A DNA stretch of 64,000 bases from assembly GCF_963921235.1 (NCBI RefSeq), contig NC_086105.1:148242001-148306000 (forward strand). Direction: 5' to 3'. The position numbers and the translations under genes are program-made. Position 1 is the first letter of the stretch. Each line of letters begins with the position of its first letter. Below are positions 37,346-51,099 of this stretch, piece after piece. Origin of the DNA: Mobula hypostoma (taxonomy: Eukaryota). The notes under the pieces were generated by a model. The model saw only the letters and a program-made list of their open reading frames with translations, made no database searches and was not told the DNA's origin.

Positions 37346-37865
37346 CAGTACTATACAAAAAGCCTTAGGTACATATATACAGCTGGGCTGTCTAAGACTT
37401 TTGCACAACAGTCCTTGTCAACATGGAAAGGAGAGTGAGCTTATAAATCTCGTGGGAGCAAAGGATGTTGTGAATGGTGAGGGTGGAGCATTGGGGTGGG
37501 TAGCAAAGAAAGAGTGCCAGGGGTGGGGTGATGTAGGTGCAAACACACCCAACCCTGAGACACCAGGCAAGGTCATTTGATTCCAAACAATTGGTTTATT
37601 GATCATTATAGAAAGTCTCTCTGGTGCTTCCCACTCCCTCTCCTCTCCCTTCCCCTTTCCCAACCATGATTCCCTTCTCCCTGCCCTCTTCCCACTCTCA
37701 GTCCGCAACAGAGACCCACATCAGAATCAGGTTTATCATCACTCATCTATGTCTTGAAATTTGCGGCAGCAGTACAGTGCAATATGAAATTACTACAGTA
37801 CTGTGTAAAAAATGTGTTAGGCACCCTAGCTATATATATGTACCTAAGATTTTTGCACAATACTG
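37346..37865. mobile_element. Tc1/mariner-type non-autonomous element
   Basis: TA|CAGTACTATACAAAAAGCCTTAGGTACATATATA ... TATATATGTACCTAAGATTTTTGCACAATACTG|TA. Confidence 0.8.
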
Positions 37866-39929
37866 TACATATGACAAGTAAAGCTAATCTTTAATCTTCA
37901 AATGTAAAGAAAGCTTGTAAAAAATGTAAGGCATGTGCTGTAAGAAAAATTGAAATAAGTATTGATTATTATTGTTAGAAATTATATTTACAAATGAAAA
38001 CTTAATTGAATATTGTAAGTACTATTTTTATATTGAAAACACATTCTTTACAAGTTATAGAACCAGAAATTACTCCTTCATTTCAACAGTTTGACAACCA
38101 GTGATTTACATGAAGATAAACACAAGCACTGTGAAATATTACGTACCAGATAATGACAACATTACATAATTAGTTATTCCTCTAAATCATTGAATCACTA
38201 ATTATGAATGCATATTATATGTGTACTCATTACATATAATTAAGCTCATTTTCTCTGTTTAACGCTGCAAACCCAATCATTTTATGTTGGTTGGACTGAT
38301 GAAGGAAAAATGTTTTAAACAGTATTTATTTCACACAATTCTGTCAGCCAAAGTGTAGGTTTTCGCAAATAAAACAGCGTGAGGCATTTTATGTTTAAGA
38401 AAAACCATAACAACTCATATTTTGTACTCCATACACAGAACACAAAGTGCGTAACAGAACTTCACAGAATTACAACATCATCTCAGACCAGCCTCTTAAG
38501 GTGAACCCCAAATCAATGTCGGTGGTTGTGAATTATGTACATTTCCCTCAGTTACATTATCAGAATCAGGTTTATTATCACTGTTATGTGACGTGAAATT
38601 TGTTAACTTAGCAGCAGCAGTTCAATGCGATACGTAATATAGAAGAAATAATAATAATCAATTGATCAATTACAGTATACATATATTTAATAGATTAAAA
38701 TTCGTGCCAAAATCAGAAGTAATATATATATTAAAAAAGTGAGGTAGTGTCCAAAGATTCAATATCCATTTAGGAATCAGATGGCAGAGGGGAAGAAGCT
38801 GTTCCTGAATCACTGAGTGTGTACCTTCAGGCTTCTGTACCTCCTACCTGATGGTAACAATGAGAAAAGGGCATGCCCTGGGTGCTGGAGGTCCTTAATA
38901 ATGGACGCTGCCTTTCTGAGACACCACTCCTCAAAGATGTCCAGAGTACTTTATGGGCTAGTACCCAAGATGGAGATGACTAAATTTACAACCCTCTGCA
39001 GCTTCTTTCGGTCCTGTGCAGTAGCCCCCACCATACCAGACAGTGATGCAGCCTGTCAGAATGCTCTCCACGGTACAACTATAGAAGTTTTGAGTGTATT
39101 TCTTGACATACCTAATCTCTTCAAACTCCTAATGAAGTATAGTTGCTGTCTTGCCTTCTTTATAACTGCGTCAATATGTTGGGACCAGGTTAGATCCTCA
39201 GAGATCATTCCTCTCCAAAAGTATATTTAGTGTCAAAGTACACGCATGTCATCAGATAGAAAGAAACATTGAAAAGCCCTCAGCACAATACAGGCCCTTC
39301 AGCCCACAAAGCTGTGCTGAACATGTACTTACTTTAGAAATTACCTAGGGGTTACCCATAGCCCTCTATTTTTCTAAGCCCCATGTACCTATCCAGGAGT
39401 CTCTTAAAAGACACTGGTGGATTTCTGGATACTGTACTACCTAGAAATTCATTTTCTTGCGGGCATTTACAAGAAAATAAAGTACTGAAATAGAATTTAT
39501 GATCAACTATACATAAACAAAGACTACCAAATAACCAATGTGCAAAAAAATTTTGGAAATTAATTTTAAAAAGGTAATACTGAGTTACAGAGTCTTGAAA
39601 GTGAGTCTATAGGTTGTGGAGTCAGTTGAGTGTTGGAGTGAGTGAAGTTATCATCTCTGGTTCAGGAGCCTGATGGTTGAGGGGTAATAACTGGTCCTGA
39701 ACTGGGTGGTGTGGGTCCTGAGGCTCTTTCTGTCCCAGGGATGAGGTCTTTGGAGCTTCTGTTGGTGTTTCTATAGCTTTGAGTTTTTTTTTACTGGGAT
39801 GGCATTGCAAAGCCGGGCTTAGGACTGACCATGTCAGAGTTCATAAACGCTAGGATCAGGAATAGTTGATAGGACCATCCCAACTGCCCTGCTACTCAAT
39901 AAATTCAAGGGTAGCCCTGTGCTTGGTCC

Positions 39930-42922
39930 TGTCTTGTACAAAAAGGACGGGTTGCACTTGAATCTGAGGGGAACCAATATCCTGGCAGGGAGGTTTACTA
40001 ATGCTATTGGGGAGGGTTTAAACTAGATTTGCAGAGATCTGAAGAGGCAGAGAATGGAAGGATTAGTGCATAAGTAGAGGCAGCTTGTAGGGAGTTTGTG
40101 AGGAAGGACAGGCAGATGTTATAGCAAAGATGCACTCAGCCTGATGGTTTGAGATGTGTCTATTTTAATGCAACGAGTAGTATAAACAAAGTGGATGAAC
40201 GTAGAGCATGGATCAAAACATGGAACTATGACGTTGTGGCCATTACAGAGACTTGGATGTCTCAGGGGCAGGAATGGCTGCTGAGTGCGCCGAGCTTTAG
40301 ATGTTTCAAAAAGGACAGGGAGGGAGGCAAAAGAGGTGGGGCTTGGCATTGGTAATCAAGGATAGTATCACAGTTGCAGAAAAGGAGGAAGTCATGGAGG
40401 GAATACTGAATCAGTGTAGGTAGAAGTCAGAAACAGGAATGAGGCAATAACTCTATTGGGTGTTTTTAAAAGACCCCCCCCCCCCAATAGTAACAGAGAC
40501 ATCGAGGAGCAGATAGGGAGGCAGATTCTGGAATGGTGCAATAATAACAGAGTTGTTGTGATGGGTGATTGTAACTTTCCTAATATGGACTGGCATCTCC
40601 TTAGCGCAAGGGGTGGAGTTTGTTAGGTGTGTTCAGGAAGGTTTTCTGAAGCAATATGTTTGATAAGCCAACTAGAGAAGAGGCTGTACTTGATCTTGGG
40701 TATTGGGAAATTAACCTGGTCAGGTGTCAGATCTCTCGGTGGGAGAACATTTTGGAGGTAGTGATCACAACTCTATCTCCTTCACCATAGTGCTGGAGAG
40801 GGATAGGAGCAGATCATTTGGGAAAACATTTAATTGGGATAGGGGAAATATGATGCTATTTGGCAGGAACTTGGGAGCATAAATTGGGAGCAGATGTTCT
40901 CAGGGAAATGCGTGGCAGAAATGTGGCAAATGTTCAGGGAATATTTGCATGGCATTCTGCATAGTTATGTTCCATTGAGGCATGGAAAGGGTGGTAGGGT
41001 AAAAGAATCATGGTGTACAAAGGATCTAGAAGATCTAGTTAAGAAGAAACAAAAAACTTATGAAAGGTTCAAGAAACTAGGTACTGTTAGAGCTCCAGAA
41101 AATTACAAGGGTGCTAGGGAAGGAGCTTAAGAATGAAATTAGGAGAGCTAGAAGGGAATATGAGAAAGACATGGTGAACAGGATTAAGGAAAACCCCAAG
41201 GCACTCTACAGGTATGTGAAGAGCAAGAGGATGAGTTGTGTGAGAGTGAGAGTGGAAACACATGCATGGAGTCAGAGGACATAGTGGTGGTACTGAATGC
41301 CTCCTTTGCTTCAGTATTCACCAGGGAAAAGGACCTTGGTAATTGTGAGGATGTCTTACAGTGGAGTGAAACACTTGAGCATATAGACATTAAGAAAGAG
41401 GATGTGCTGGAGCTTTTGAAAAGCATTAAGTTAGATAAATTGCCGGGACTGTACGAGATATACCCCAGGCTACTGTGGGAGGCGAGGAAAGAGATTACTG
41501 AGCCTCTGGCAATGATCTTTGCATCATCAATAGAGGCAGGATAAATACTGGAGGATTGGGGGGTTGCAAAGATTGTTCCCTTGTTCAAGAAAGGGAGTAG
41601 AGATAACCCATGAACTTATAGACCAGTGAGTTTTAGTTCAGTGGTGAGCAAGTTGTTGATGATCCTGAGAAGCAGGATTTCTGAGCATTTGGAGAAACAT
41701 TATCTGATAGTCAGCATGGCTTTGTCAAGAGCAGGTCATGCCTTGCAAGCCTGATTGAGTTCTTTGAGGATGTAGCAAAACACATTGATGAAGGTGGAGC
41801 AGTGGATGTAATGTATATGGATTTCAGTAAGGCATTTAATATGGTTCCCTATGCAAGGCTCATTCATAAAGTAATGAGGCATGGGATCCAAGGAGACCTT
41901 GCTTTGTGGATCTAAATCTGGCTTGCCCACAGATGGCAAAGGGTGGTTGTAGATGGGCCGTATTCTGCATGAATGTCGGTGACCAGTGGTGTTCTGCAGG
42001 GATCTGTTCTGGGACCCCTCCTCTTAGTGATTTTTATAAATGACCTGGATGAAGAAGTAGAAGGGTGGGTTAGTAAGTTTGCTGATGACACAAAGGTTGG
42101 AGGTGTTGTGGGTAGTGTGGAGGGCTGTCAGAAGTTGCAGCAGGACATGGATAGGATACAGAACTGGGCTGAGAAGTGGCAGGTGGAGTTCAACCCAGGT
42201 GAGTGTAAAGTGGTTCATTTTGGTTGGTCAAATTTGAAGACAGAATATAGTATTAATGGTAAGACTCTTGGCTCTGTGGAGGATCAGAGAGATCTTGGGG
42301 TTCGTATCCATAGGACACTCAAAGCTGCTGCACAGGTTGACAGTGCTGTTAAGAAGGCATATGGTGTGTTGGCATTCATCAACCGTGGGATTGAGTTCAA
42401 GAGCCGTGAGGTAATGTTACAGCTCTATAAGACCTTGGTCAGACTCCACTTGGAGTACTGTGTTTGGTGCTGGTCACCTCACTATAAGAAGGATGTAAAT
42501 ACTATAGAGTGCAGAGGAGATTTACAATGATTTTGCCTGGATTGGAGGGCATGCCTTATGAGAATAGGTTGAGTGAACTTAGCCTTTTCTCCTTGGAACA
42601 ACAGAGGATGAGAGGTGACCTGATAGAGGTGTATAAGATAATGAGGGGCATTGATCATGTGGATAGCCAAAGGCTTTTTCCCGGGGCTGATATGGTTAGC
42701 ATGAGTAGGCACAGTTTTCAGGTGCTTGGAAGCAGGTACCGAGGGGATGTCAGGGGTAAGTTTTTCAAACAGAGAGTGATGGGTGTGTGGAATGCACTGC
42801 TGGCGGCGGTGGTGGAGGGGGATAAAAGGGTCTTTTAAGAGACTCTTAGGTACATGGAATTTAGAAAAATAGAGGGCTATGCGAGAGGGTAATTCCAGGT
42901 AGTTTCTAAAGTAGGTTACATT
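39930..42922 (+). mobile_element. Long decayed CR1 LINE: ORF1 esterase end, ORF2 APE endonuclease and RT, 3' UTR
   Basis: LYKKDGLHLN; CVYFNA..INK...YDVVAITETW; GSDHN; YMDFSKAF; QGSVLGPLL; SKFADDTK; many stops and frameshifts. Confidence 0.95.
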
Positions 42923-42984
42923 AGACAAAAAGAGGATTTTGAATGGAGGATGTCAGATAGCATTTACAGGATAAAAAGTGGGGG

Positions 42985-43320
42985 GGCACAGTCGTGTAGT
43001 GGTTAGCACAACAATTACCAGTACAGGTGGCATGGCATGGTAGTGCAGTGATTAGCACAATGATTTACAGTAATCTGCATGGTAGTGTAGTGATTAGCAC
43101 AATGATTTACAGTAATCTGTATGGTAGTGTAATGATTAGCACAATGATTTACAGTACAGTCAGTATGGTAGTGTAGTGGTTAGCACAATGATTTATAGTA
43201 CAGGCAGCTTGGGTTCAATTCCAGTCAATGTCGCTTGGGTTTTCTCTGGGTGGTCCGGTTTCCTCCCACAGTCCAAAGGTGTACAGGTTTGTAGGTTCAT
43301 TGGCCATTGTAAATTGTTAG
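42985..43320 (+). mobile_element. tRNA-derived SINE with five tandem head units
   Basis: ~42-bp ATGGTAGTGTAGTGATTAGCACAATGATTTACAGTA unit repeated before one B box GGTTCAATTCC. Confidence 0.85.
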
Positions 43321-43989
43321 GCCCTTGTCAGGAACAGGCCCTTCAGCCCATTTAGTTTGTAACAAACTATTAATCTGCCTAGTCCCATCGATTTGCACCT
43401 GGACTATAGCCCTCCAACCTCTTCCATCCATGTACTTATCCAAACTTCTCTTCGGTGTTGAAATTAAACTCAGATCCACCACTTGCATGGGCAGCTCACT
43501 CCACACTCACACCACCCTCTGAGTGAAGACATCCATCTCAGGCTCCCCTTAAACATTTCACCTTTCCCTCCCCCCTAATCCATGACCCCTAGTTGTAGTC
43601 TCAACCAACCCTAGGGGAAAAAGCCTGCTTTCATTTACCCTATCTATACCCCTCATAATTTTGTATATTTCTATCAAGTTTCCTCTTATTCTCCTCCGCT
43701 CCAGGGAATAAAGAACCTTTCCCTATAACTCAGCTTCTCAAGTCCCAGCAATATCTTTGTAATATTTGATAGAAATTAAAAGAAAACATTTCCAGCCTGT
43801 TGTTATATTTCCAGCCTTTTTAATATGATAAGTGATCTAAAATAATTAATTTACAACAATTAGATCAGTCTCAGAAATTTGCTTGCTTGAATAACTTACC
43901 GTTGAGTGGTGGCAGTCAGCACATTTTGTGCACCACAATTCCCAGGGAGACTTTGGACTGGGTATAGTTAGGCACTTGACAAGGGCCGA

Positions 43990-46900
43990 TAAAAAGTAGT
44001 TAGGGTTAAGCAGAATAGCCATTTGGGAGTGGGTCAGTGTTGGATTGGGGAGTTAAGGGCTTAGCTTATCAAAGCTTTGGCAAGGGGAGGCAAAGAATAT
44101 AGGTAGACAAAGATTTTTTTCCTCCATTATTTATTCTTTATTTCTTTCTTATTGCACATTTACAGCAGTGAAGATGTCAGGCAGGATAGTGGAATGCTCC
44201 TCTTGTGAGGTGTGGGAAGACAGAGAGAGCTCCAGTGTCCCTGAAGAATACACCTGCGCGAAGTGCATCCAGCTGCATCCTCTAACAATGCACATTAGGG
44301 AGTTGGAGTTGAACTTGATAAACTCTGGATCATTCAGGAGACTGAAGGATTGGCAGGACATTTAGAGAGGTAGTTGAGGGACATAGGAAACTGGGTGACA
44401 GTCAGGAGGGGGGAAGGGGTTAAGGGACCTGTGCAGAGAACCCCTGTGGCCTTTCCCCTCAACAACAGACATATCACTTTGGATACTGTTGGGGGGATGA
44501 CCTAACAAAGGAAAGTCACAGTGGTCAGGTCTCTGGCACTGAGTCTGGCTCTGTGACTTAGAAAAGAAGGGGGGAGAAGATGAAAGCTGTAGTGATTGGG
44601 GATTCATTGGTTAGGGAAACAAGAAGGAGGTTCTGTGGATGAGAATAAGATTCCTGGATGGTTTCTTGCCTCCCAGTTGCCAGGGAGAGGGACACCTCAA
44701 ATCAAGACCACAGCATTAAGTGGGAGGGTGAGCAGCCAGTGGTCATGGTCCACATCGATATCAATGACATGGGTGATGAGGTTCTGCGAAGTGTGTTCAG
44801 TGAGTTAGGTGCTAAGTTAAAGGACTTTCAGAGCCTCCAGGGTTGTGATCTCCAGATTGCTACCTGTGCCATATGCTAGTGAGGCCAGAGTGGAAAGATT
44901 ATACAGTTTAACACATGGCTAAAGCGTTGGTGCAAGAGGGAAAGCTTCAGATTTTTGGATCATTGGAGTCTCTTCCAGGGAAGGTGGGATCTGTACTGAA
45001 GGGGCAGTTTGCACCTGAACCAGAGGGGACTAATATCCTAGTGGGAAGGTTTGTTAGTGATGCATGGGGAATGGGACAGGACAGGTGACAGAAGTTTGTG
45101 TAGGGAAGCATTTGGCATCTAGTGATCATAATGCCATTAGTTTCGTGATAATTATGGAAAAGGATAGGTCTGGTCCTGGGGTTGAGATTCTAAGTTGGAG
45201 AAAAGTCAATTTTGATGGTATCAGAAAGGATCTGGCAAGTGTGGATTGGGACAGGCTGTTTTCTGGCAAAGATGTACTTAGTAAGTGAGAGGCCTTCAAA
45301 AGAGAAATTTTGAGAGTACAGAGTTTATATGTTCCTGTCAGAATAAAAGGCCAGGATAACAGTTTTAGAGAACCTTGGTTTTTGAGAGATATTGAGGCCC
45401 TGGTTAAGAAAAAGGAGGTGTATAGCAGGTGTAAGCAGGAAGGAGCAAATGAGGTACTTGAAGAGTATAAGAAATGCAAGAGAACACTTCAGAAGGAAAT
45501 CAGGACTAAAAGAAGGCATGAGGTTGCCTTAGCAGATAAGGAGAAGGAGAATTCTAAGGTCTTCTACAGATACATTAAGAGCAAAAGGATTTCAAGGGAC
45601 AAAATTGGTTCTCTGAAAGATCAAAATGGTATACTGTGTGTGGAGCCAAAAGAGGTGGGGAGATCTTAAATGGATTATTTGCATCTGTATTTATTTGGGA
45701 GAAGGACACAGAGTCTATAGAAGTGAGGCAAAGCAGCATCAATTTCATGGACCCTATACAAATTACAGAGGAGGAGATGTTTACTGTCTTGAGGCAAATT
45801 AAGAATGGACAAATCCCCAGGGCCTGACATTATGTTCCCTTGGGCCCTCAGGGAGGCAAGTGCAGAAATTTCAGGGGCCCTGGCAGAGATACTTAAAACA
45901 TCCTAAGCCACAAATGAGGTGCTGGAGGATTGGAGGATATCTAATATTCTGTTGTTTAAGGAAGTCTCTAATAAACCAGGGAATTACAGGCCAGTAAGCC
46001 TAACATCAGTAGTAGGAAAGTTATTGGAAGGTATTCTAAGGGACCACATATATAAGTATTTGTATAAACAGGGACTGATTGGTGATGGTCAACATGGCTT
46101 TGTGCGTAGTAAGTCATATCTAACCAAGGATGTTATCAGGAAAGTTGATGAAGGCAAGGAAGTGGATGTCATCTACATGACTTTAGCAAGGCCTTTGACA
46201 AGGTCCCACATGGGAGGTTGGTCAATAAGCTTCAGTTGCTTGACATTCAAGGTGAGGTAGTAAATTGGACTAGATTTTGGCTTAGTGGAAGCCAGAGAGT
46301 GGTTGTAGATGGTTGCCTTTCTGACTGAAGGTCTATGACTACTGGTGTGGTATCCTTTGTTGTTGTCATCTATATCAATGATCTGGATGATAATGTGGTT
46401 AACTGGATCAGCAAACTTGTGGATGACACCAAGACTGGGGTGTAGTGGACAGCAAGGAAGACCACTAAAGCTTGCAGCAGGATCTGGACCAGCTGGAACA
46501 ATGGGCTGAAAAATGGCAGATAGAATTTAATGCAGACAAGTGTGAAGTGTTGCACTTTAGGAGGAACTACCAAGGCAGATCTTACGAGGTGAGCAGTAAG
46601 GCACTGTGGAGTGTGATAGAACCGAGGGATCTGGGAATACAGATTCATTACTCCTTGAATGTGGCATCATAGATAGATAGGGTTATAAAGAAAACTTATG
46701 GCACATTGGCCTTCATAAATCAATGCACTGAGTCTGGGAGGTGGAATGTTACATTGAAATTGTTTAAGATATTGGTGAGGCCTAATTTGGAGTATTGTTA
46801 AAGATGTAAATAAGGTTGAAGGAGAGCAGAGAAAATTGTCAAGGATGTTGCTGGGACCTGAGGACCTGAGTTATAGGGAAAGGTTAAACAGGTAAGGAAT

Positions 46901-47295
46901 TTATTCCCTAGAACATTGGAGAATGAGGGGAGATTTGTTAGACGTATATTAAATTATGAGGGGTATAGATAGGGTAAATGCAAGTAAGCTTTTTCCACTG
47001 TGGTTGGGTGAGACTAAAAATTGAGGTCATGAACTAAGGGTGAAAGATCAACCGTTGAAGGGGAACTTCTTCACTCAAAGACCAATGAAAGCGTGAAGCG
47101 AGCTGCCAGTGCAAGTGGTGGATGCAGGTTTGATTTCAACATTACAGAGAAATTTGGATAGGTACATGAATGGGAGGGTAGTGAAGGGCTATTGTCTGTG
47201 TGCAGGTTTGTGTGACTAGGCAGCTTAAAGGTCTGGCAGAGACTAGATGGGCCGAAGGGTCTATTTCTATGCTGTACTGTTCTATGATTCTATGA
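43990..47295 (+). mobile_element. Near full-length, internally deleted CR1 LINE (ORF1 zinc finger, zipper and GDSL-type esterase; ORF2 RT)
   Basis: ECSSCEVWE...YTCAKCIQL...IRELE; VVIGDSLVR; SSDHN; PGNYRPVSLTSVVGKLLE; (TTCTATGA)n tail at ~47280. Confidence 0.92.
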
Positions 47296-47767
47296 CTCAT
47301 TGTTCTACTGTGAATACTTGCAAAAATGAATCTCAGGACAGCATAAGGTAACATATATATACTTTGATTATAAATTTACTTTGAGTTTGAAAGGATACAG
47401 TGAAAAGTTTGTTTTGTATACTGTTCATACAGATCAGACCATTACACATTGCATTGAGGTAGAACAAGGTAAAACAATAACAGAAGAAAGTGTAACAGCT
47501 ACAGAGAAAATGCATTGTAGGCAAACAATAAAGTACAAAGTTGTAATGAGCTAAATTGTGGGGTCAAGAGTCTATCTTATGAAGTTTATTATGATGGGCA
47601 TAGATACCATGAAAATTCACTTTTTACAGAGCAGTCCATGACAAATATGGCAAACATAGAACAGTACAACACTGGAGAGGCCACTTAGCCCAAAATGTTG
47701 TGCAAATCCTGAAGCCAATTTATACAAAATGTCCTCCTCCTCCTCCATATCCTCCATTCCCTTATGG

Positions 47768-48735
47768 CAGCAGTCCCCAACCACCGGGCCGCAAAGCATG
47801 TGCTACCGGGCCACGAGGAAACGATATGATTTGGCGATATGAGTCAGCTGCACCTTTCCTCATTCCCTCTCACGCCCACTGTTGAACTTAAACACACACG
47901 AGGTAATTACACACGCGTCATCCATGTCAGCGCGGGAAGAAGAGCAGCTCCTCGAGCTTGCAGATGACGGCGGGCTGAAAAGTATGTTTGACATAACATC
48001 TCTGCTGGCAATCTGGATCAAAGTCAAGGCTGAATATCCTGAGATAGCCACGAAAGCACTGAAAACATTGCTTCCATTTCCAACGTATCTCTGCAATGAA
48101 TGCAACGAAAACAAAATTGCGGAATAGATTGGACATAAGGAACCCCCTTCGAGTATCGCTGTCTTCCATCACCCCCCGATGGCACCGTCTTGTTGCAGGG
48201 AAACAAGCCCAGGGCTCCCACTGATTCAGCGATATTGGTGTGTTGCAATGATTTTATATGTTCATACAGGGAAAATATGTGCTGTGTGTTTAATATCCAA
48301 ACATTACTTAAAATGTTATGATGCTATTGACTTAGGTGACTTATATAACCATATAACAATTACAGCACGGAAACAGGCCGTCTCTGCCCTTCTAGTCCGT
48401 GCTGAACGCTACTCTCACCTAGTCCCACCGACCTGCACTCAGCCCATAACTCTCCATTCCTTTCCTGTCCATATAGCTATCCAATTTTTCTTTAAATGAT
48501 AATATCGAACCTGCCTCAACCACTTCTACTGAAAGTTCGTTCAACACTTACTTCAAGCTCCCCTGTCCTCCCCAGATAATTGACTTATCACTATATTCAT
48601 GCAAGGAAAATATGCGCTGTATGTTTAATATTAAATTCGTTAGATAAACCCTTTTAGAAACGAAATTGAGTGTATTAGCCACTTATCACCTATATTCCAG
48701 TCGTGATTAACAACCCCCCCTCCCCTCCCCCCCGC
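47768..48735 (+). mobile_element. hAT-Charlie (Charlie3/MER1-like) deletion derivative with transposase C-terminus
   Basis: 5' CAGCAGTCCCCAACC; WIKVKAEYPEIATKALKTLLPFPTYLC, then TKTKLRNRLDIRNPLRVSLSSITPRWHRLVAGKQAQGSH* (hAT dimerisation domain). Confidence 0.85.
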
Positions 48736-51099
48736 CATACAGAATTGCCAAAAATGATTTGTAGGGAAAAAATCGGCATGTACACACATGCGCACACTGA
48801 TGCCCGTGCAAGGCCTCATGGTCATTGTAGTCTTTCTCGAGGTAAACACAACGTATTTGACTGGTACTTTTGTCCGTTGGCAACCTTACCATTGTAAATA
48901 TAATGGTATCTGATTGTAAATATATACAAACAAATGAGGCAATGTTCCGCCAGAAACTCGGTACACAAACAAATATGTATCACACACTGCACATATAACA
49001 ATCAAATCAATAATCATAAAGAGTATAGAATTATATAAAGTTAGAAAGGGTGATAAGGTAGCATTACAGTACCTCCCACAGTCCAAAGACGTAAAGGCTG
49101 GTAGATTAACTGGTCATTGTCAATTGTCCTGTGATTAGGCTGGGGTTAAACAGGTGGGTTGCTAGGCATCATGGCTCGAAGGGTGGGTAGGGCCTGTTCT
49201 GCACTGTATCTAAATAAAATAAAATGTACATAAACACCAGCATGTGTTTTCAATGTAAACAGCACTATAGAGCTTTTTAAAGTGTTTACAGTACAGTGAC
49301 GGGGTAATAGATGGGTGGTGGGGAGGACTAACTAGAATGGTTGATCAGATTAACTGCCTGGAGATAAAATAAAACTGAGAAACAGGGTTAATGTTCTGGA
49401 CTGATCCTTCATCAAACATTTCATCTTTGCCTTTTTAAGTTTGAGTTTTTATAAAGACTTATAGGTCAATGAACCCCCACCCCCACCCCGAGGGCATCCA
49501 TCTTGTTAAATGTGTTCAGTCAGAAAAAGGAACAAGCTTAACTAGAAATCTCAGATTTTCTCCTTGGCTTGAGTTCAGAGAATTGGGTTGATGAATCAAT
49601 CAAAACCCCAGTGTCAGGCTGTAACACCACCCAGGGCGGGTGGCTGGGATAAAGGAGAAACTGCCTCCTGCCCCTCCTCCTCTAATTCACTCTCCTCTCC
49701 TAACAGATTCCTTCTTCTCCAGCCCTTCACCTTCCCTACCCACCTGGCTTCACTTATCACCTTCTAGCTTGTCCTCATTCCTCTCCTCCCACCTTTTTAT
49801 TCTGGCTTATCCATCCTTCCCTTCCAGTTTTGAAGAAGGGTCTCAGCCCAAAACATAAACTGTTTATTCATTTCCAAAGATGCTGCCTGACCTGCTGAGT
49901 TCCTCCAGCATTTTGTGAGTTTCTCCTTTACTGTCCTCTGCTAAATCCTTCACTGCTATCTTCCTCTTCCCTCCACTTTCAATCACTTCTTTCCCTTTAC
50001 AAAGTTCAGAAGTGCAAAGTAAATTTATTATCAAAGAATGAATATGTCACCATATTCTACCTTGAGAACTATTTTCTTGTTGGCATTTACAGAAAAGTAA
50101 AGAAATACAAAATAATTTATGAAAACTAAGATGGACAAATGACCAATGCAGTAAAGAAGACAATCTCTGCAAATAAAAAATATATAATGCTGAGAACATC
50201 AGTTATAGAGTCCTTGAAAGTGAGTCTAGGTTCAGTGTTGAGGTGAGTTAAGTTATTCACACGGTCAAGGGCCTGATGGTTGAGGGGTAATAACTGTTCC
50301 TGAACCTGCTGGTGTGGGACTGAGATTCATGTACCTTCCTCCTATTGGCAGCAACGAGAGCGTGAACTGGGTGCCGGGGGTCTTGATGATGGAAGATCTT
50401 TCCTTGTAAATATGCTAAATGATGAGGGTTTTGCCTGTGACAATCCTTCTCTGACAGCCCTCCCCATTAGTCCTTTCCTCAGAACCTACTCTACCCTCAG
50501 ATTATCCACCCTATATTCCCTCCCGCTCCCTCAGATAATTTTCCCATTATCATCCCTCCCTCAGAACTTAAATACTCCTTGTTCAGCTACTCCTCCCACA
50601 GAATTTCCACTCTCACACCATCCCACAGATAGTTCACCCTCAATACCCTCCCTTTGGGTACACCTTACAAGACTATCTTCCCTCAGGGCCCCTCCATCAG
50701 TTCCCTCCCTCTAACCTCAAAGTCTGCACTGGTAAATGTTCCTCCCTCAGACCATCCTCTTCAAATTCCCCCTCCCTTTCCCACAGATCCTCCTCTTCCC
50801 TCAGACTCTCCTCCTTCCCACAGACCTTTCTTCTCTCGGATTCTCCTCCTCCTTCCCTCAGATCCTCCTACTCTTCCCTCACGCCCTCTTCTCCTCCTCC
50901 TTCCCTCAGACCCTCCTACTGTTTCCCTCGGACCCTCTTTCTCCTCCCTCAGACCATCCTCTTCAAACTCTTCCCTCAGGCCCGCCTCTTCGTGCTTTCC
51001 CCTCTGCCATCGGACTCCCCTCCTCCCGTAGACCCACCCTCTCCCTCCGCTCCCAGTCCCTCCCCAAGGGAAGGCCGTAGCCGGGGAGGCGGCAGCGAG

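Noticed and set aside
38244-38318. NAANPIIYV resembling a GPCR NPxxY motif
   Set aside because: Bounded by stops within ~25 codons, no other transmembrane segments; likely chance in AT-rich DNA.
41973-42838. Active reverse transcriptase gene
   Set aside because: ORF2 has multiple stops and frameshifts; dead CR1 copy.
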